DNA of 64,000 nt, taken from the NCBI GenBank assembly GCA_038087875.1, contig CM075982.1:12152001-12216000 (forward strand), written 5' to 3'. Positions 62,001 to 64,000 of the stretch are shown here, one piece after another. The DNA is from Malacoraja senta (Eukaryota). A program made the translations under genes and the position numbers. The notes beneath the pieces were generated by a model. That model ran no database searches and was not told the origin of the DNA. It saw only the letters and a program-made list of their open reading frames with translations. Within the stretch, counting starts at the first letter, position 1. Each line of letters begins with the position of its first letter.

Positions 62001-62493
62001 AGTGCAACTTTTTGTACAGGTAATTGTACTTATAACTATGCATCAAGAGCGCAGGTAATATTGCATGTAGATTTGCCAAAGTACTAATGACACAAAGGTA
62101 AATCATAGCTGTGCTGTTAGGGACTGATCTGCTTCTTGATGCAATGGTGCTGAGCATTCGGATAGTATTGGGGAAATTTAGTGTGTAAACAATGTCAATG
62201 ATTAATTTACAGTATAGATCTATACGCGACCTAATGTCTGCCAGACTGAGACATTAGAGTCAAAATGAATTATTGCCAATTGTAAGTTTAAGTTAAGTAC
62301 TGTTCCAAATTAAGCATGCGGTATAGTATTTCCCTATTATAGAGAAGTTCTGCAAGGCTCTTGTAAGAGTTGTTTAGAAATCTACAATTTAAATCTTTTT
62401 TAGTGATGTGTTGTACTGTTAGTCTGCTGGGCGTTGTGTGTGAGATTACACTATAGCCCATTGATTTTCATTTTATTGTGTGAAAACCATTAT

Positions 62494-63712
62494 ATAATAA
62501 TAATAATATCTTTTATTGTCATTGCACAGAGGTACGAGATTTGGTGTGCAGCTTCCATCCGATGTAATAACTAAAAATTTAGACACCCAGAGAAACAAGA
62601 TTTAAAATAAAATAAAACGGTATAAAGTGCAAATAAAATAGGTCTGTGCCGGGTTGATGTGCGACATGACCATCCGAGGAAGACAGTTCATGGGGGGGGG
62701 GGGGGGGGCACTCAGCAGGGCCGGTTCAGAGCAGTTATAGCTCTGGGGATGAAGCTGTTCCTAAGTCTGGAGGTGCACACGTAGAAGGCCTTGTAACGTC
62801 TGCCGGAAGGTAGAAGTTCGAACAGCAAGGGTGTGAGGAGTCATTGTGAATGCTGACGGCCTTCCTGAGGCACCGTGTATTGTAAATGCCCTCCAAGGCT
62901 GGTAGCTGTGTTCCAATTATCTTCTGTGCTCTGTGGACGGCCCGCTGAAGAGCTCTCCTCTCCGCCTCCACACAGCTGAGATACCACACAGAGATGCCAT
63001 ATGTTAGGATGCTCTCTGTGGGGCAGCGGTAGAAGGTTGTCAGCGGCTGTTGGGGCAGACCAGTGTTCTCAGGAAGAACAGTCGTTGCTGTGCCTTCTTG
63101 ACCAGTTGGTGGACCATGTGTGTGCCCAGAAACCTAAAGCTGGACACTCTCTCCACACTGTCCCCGTTGATAAAGATTGGAGCGTATTCCCCATTATGTG
63201 TCCTTCAGAAGTTGATAATCAGCTCCTTGGTCTTAGAGGTGTTTAGGGACAGGTTGTTATCTGAGCACCAGTCCGCCGGGTTCTGCACCTCTGCTCTGTA
63301 GTGTGTATCATCACCGTTGGTGATCAGCCCGATCACCGTTGTGTCGTCTACAAACTTGACAATGGTGTTGGTGTTGAATGTAGGAACACAGTCATGTGTG
63401 AAGAGGGAGTAGAGCATGGGGCTCAGTACACAGCCCTGTGGTGTGCCGGTGCTCAGGGTGATAGTGGAGGACAGATGCGGGCCCAGTCTCGCTGCCTGCG
63501 GTTGCTCCGTCAGGAAATTCAGGATCCAGTCGCATATCGGCGAGCTGAGGCCTAGCTGGTGGAGTTTGGTGGTGAGCTTGGTGGGGATGAACGTGTTGAA
63601 GGCAGAGCTGTAGTCTATGAAAAGCATCCTCACGTACGTGCCCTGTCTTTCCAGGTGAGTCAGGACAGTGTGAAGAGCCAGAGAGATGGCATCCTCTGTG
63701 GATCTATTTGCC
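62494..63712 (-). mobile_element. Rex1/Babar-type LINE, 5'-truncated
   Basis: [47 protein letters not shown]; (TTA)n tail. Confidence 0.92.
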
Positions 63713-64000
63713 GTGTTTGCAAATTGATGTGAATGTATGCAAATTCCAGGTTAATAAAGCAAAAATTGCAGATTCCAAAACCTAAAGTGCTTGAGATACT
63801 CAAAGATGAGAGATGTGGCAGCATCTGTGGAGAGTGAAATAAAATTAATGTTTCAGATTGACCTTTCAGCAGAAATGGAAATGTGGGAAAAGTGCATTTT
63901 AAGTTGCAGAGTGGAGGAAGAGGTGGAGAGGACAACGGGGATGTCTGTGACAGGATGGAGCCCAACGTTGTCTCGGAAATGCATTGTTATTCGGTGCTAT

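Noticed and set aside
1-64000. CRISPR arrays, operons, tRNA or rRNA genes
   Set aside because: Eukaryotic intron-rich DNA; tRNA-like A/B boxes belong to SINE heads, and no repeat-spacer array was seen
59071-64000. LIMK1 exon 3
   Set aside because: No continuation of the LIM1 peptide found; the region is intron 2 with degenerate CR1, Penelope-like and Rex1 fragments

Overview
This is vertebrate genomic DNA, not a prokaryotic locus. The repeat families point to a cartilaginous fish, probably a skate or ray (inference). The + strand carries the 3' part of the elastin (tropoelastin, ELN) gene. About 23 small phase-1, multiple-of-3 exons lie between 1371 and 48949. They mostly alternate between Gly/Val/Pro-rich hydrophobic exons and AAKAAKY cross-link exons and end in GSPCAMGKYCGRRRK*. 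The 3'UTR has two miR-29 8mer sites. About 9.4 kb downstream, in the same orientation, are a CpG-rich promoter and the first two coding exons of LIMK1, the same ELN-LIMK1 order as in the human Williams-Beuren region. The first ~10.7 kb is a recent four-copy tandem duplication of an elastin exon-pair unit. Each copy has private transposon insertions and deletions: one lost its cross-link exon, and one has a splice acceptor rebuilt by a templated micro-inversion. Introns are full of CR1, Rex1/Babar, L1, RTE, tRNA-SINE, MITE and Tc1 copies. They also contain many short Penelope-type inserts carrying a minimal hammerhead-ribozyme core, which break or fold back at that core. Almost all ORFs in the supplied track are transposon fragments or noise. 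Exon boundaries were read by eye from AG/GT sites and reading frame.
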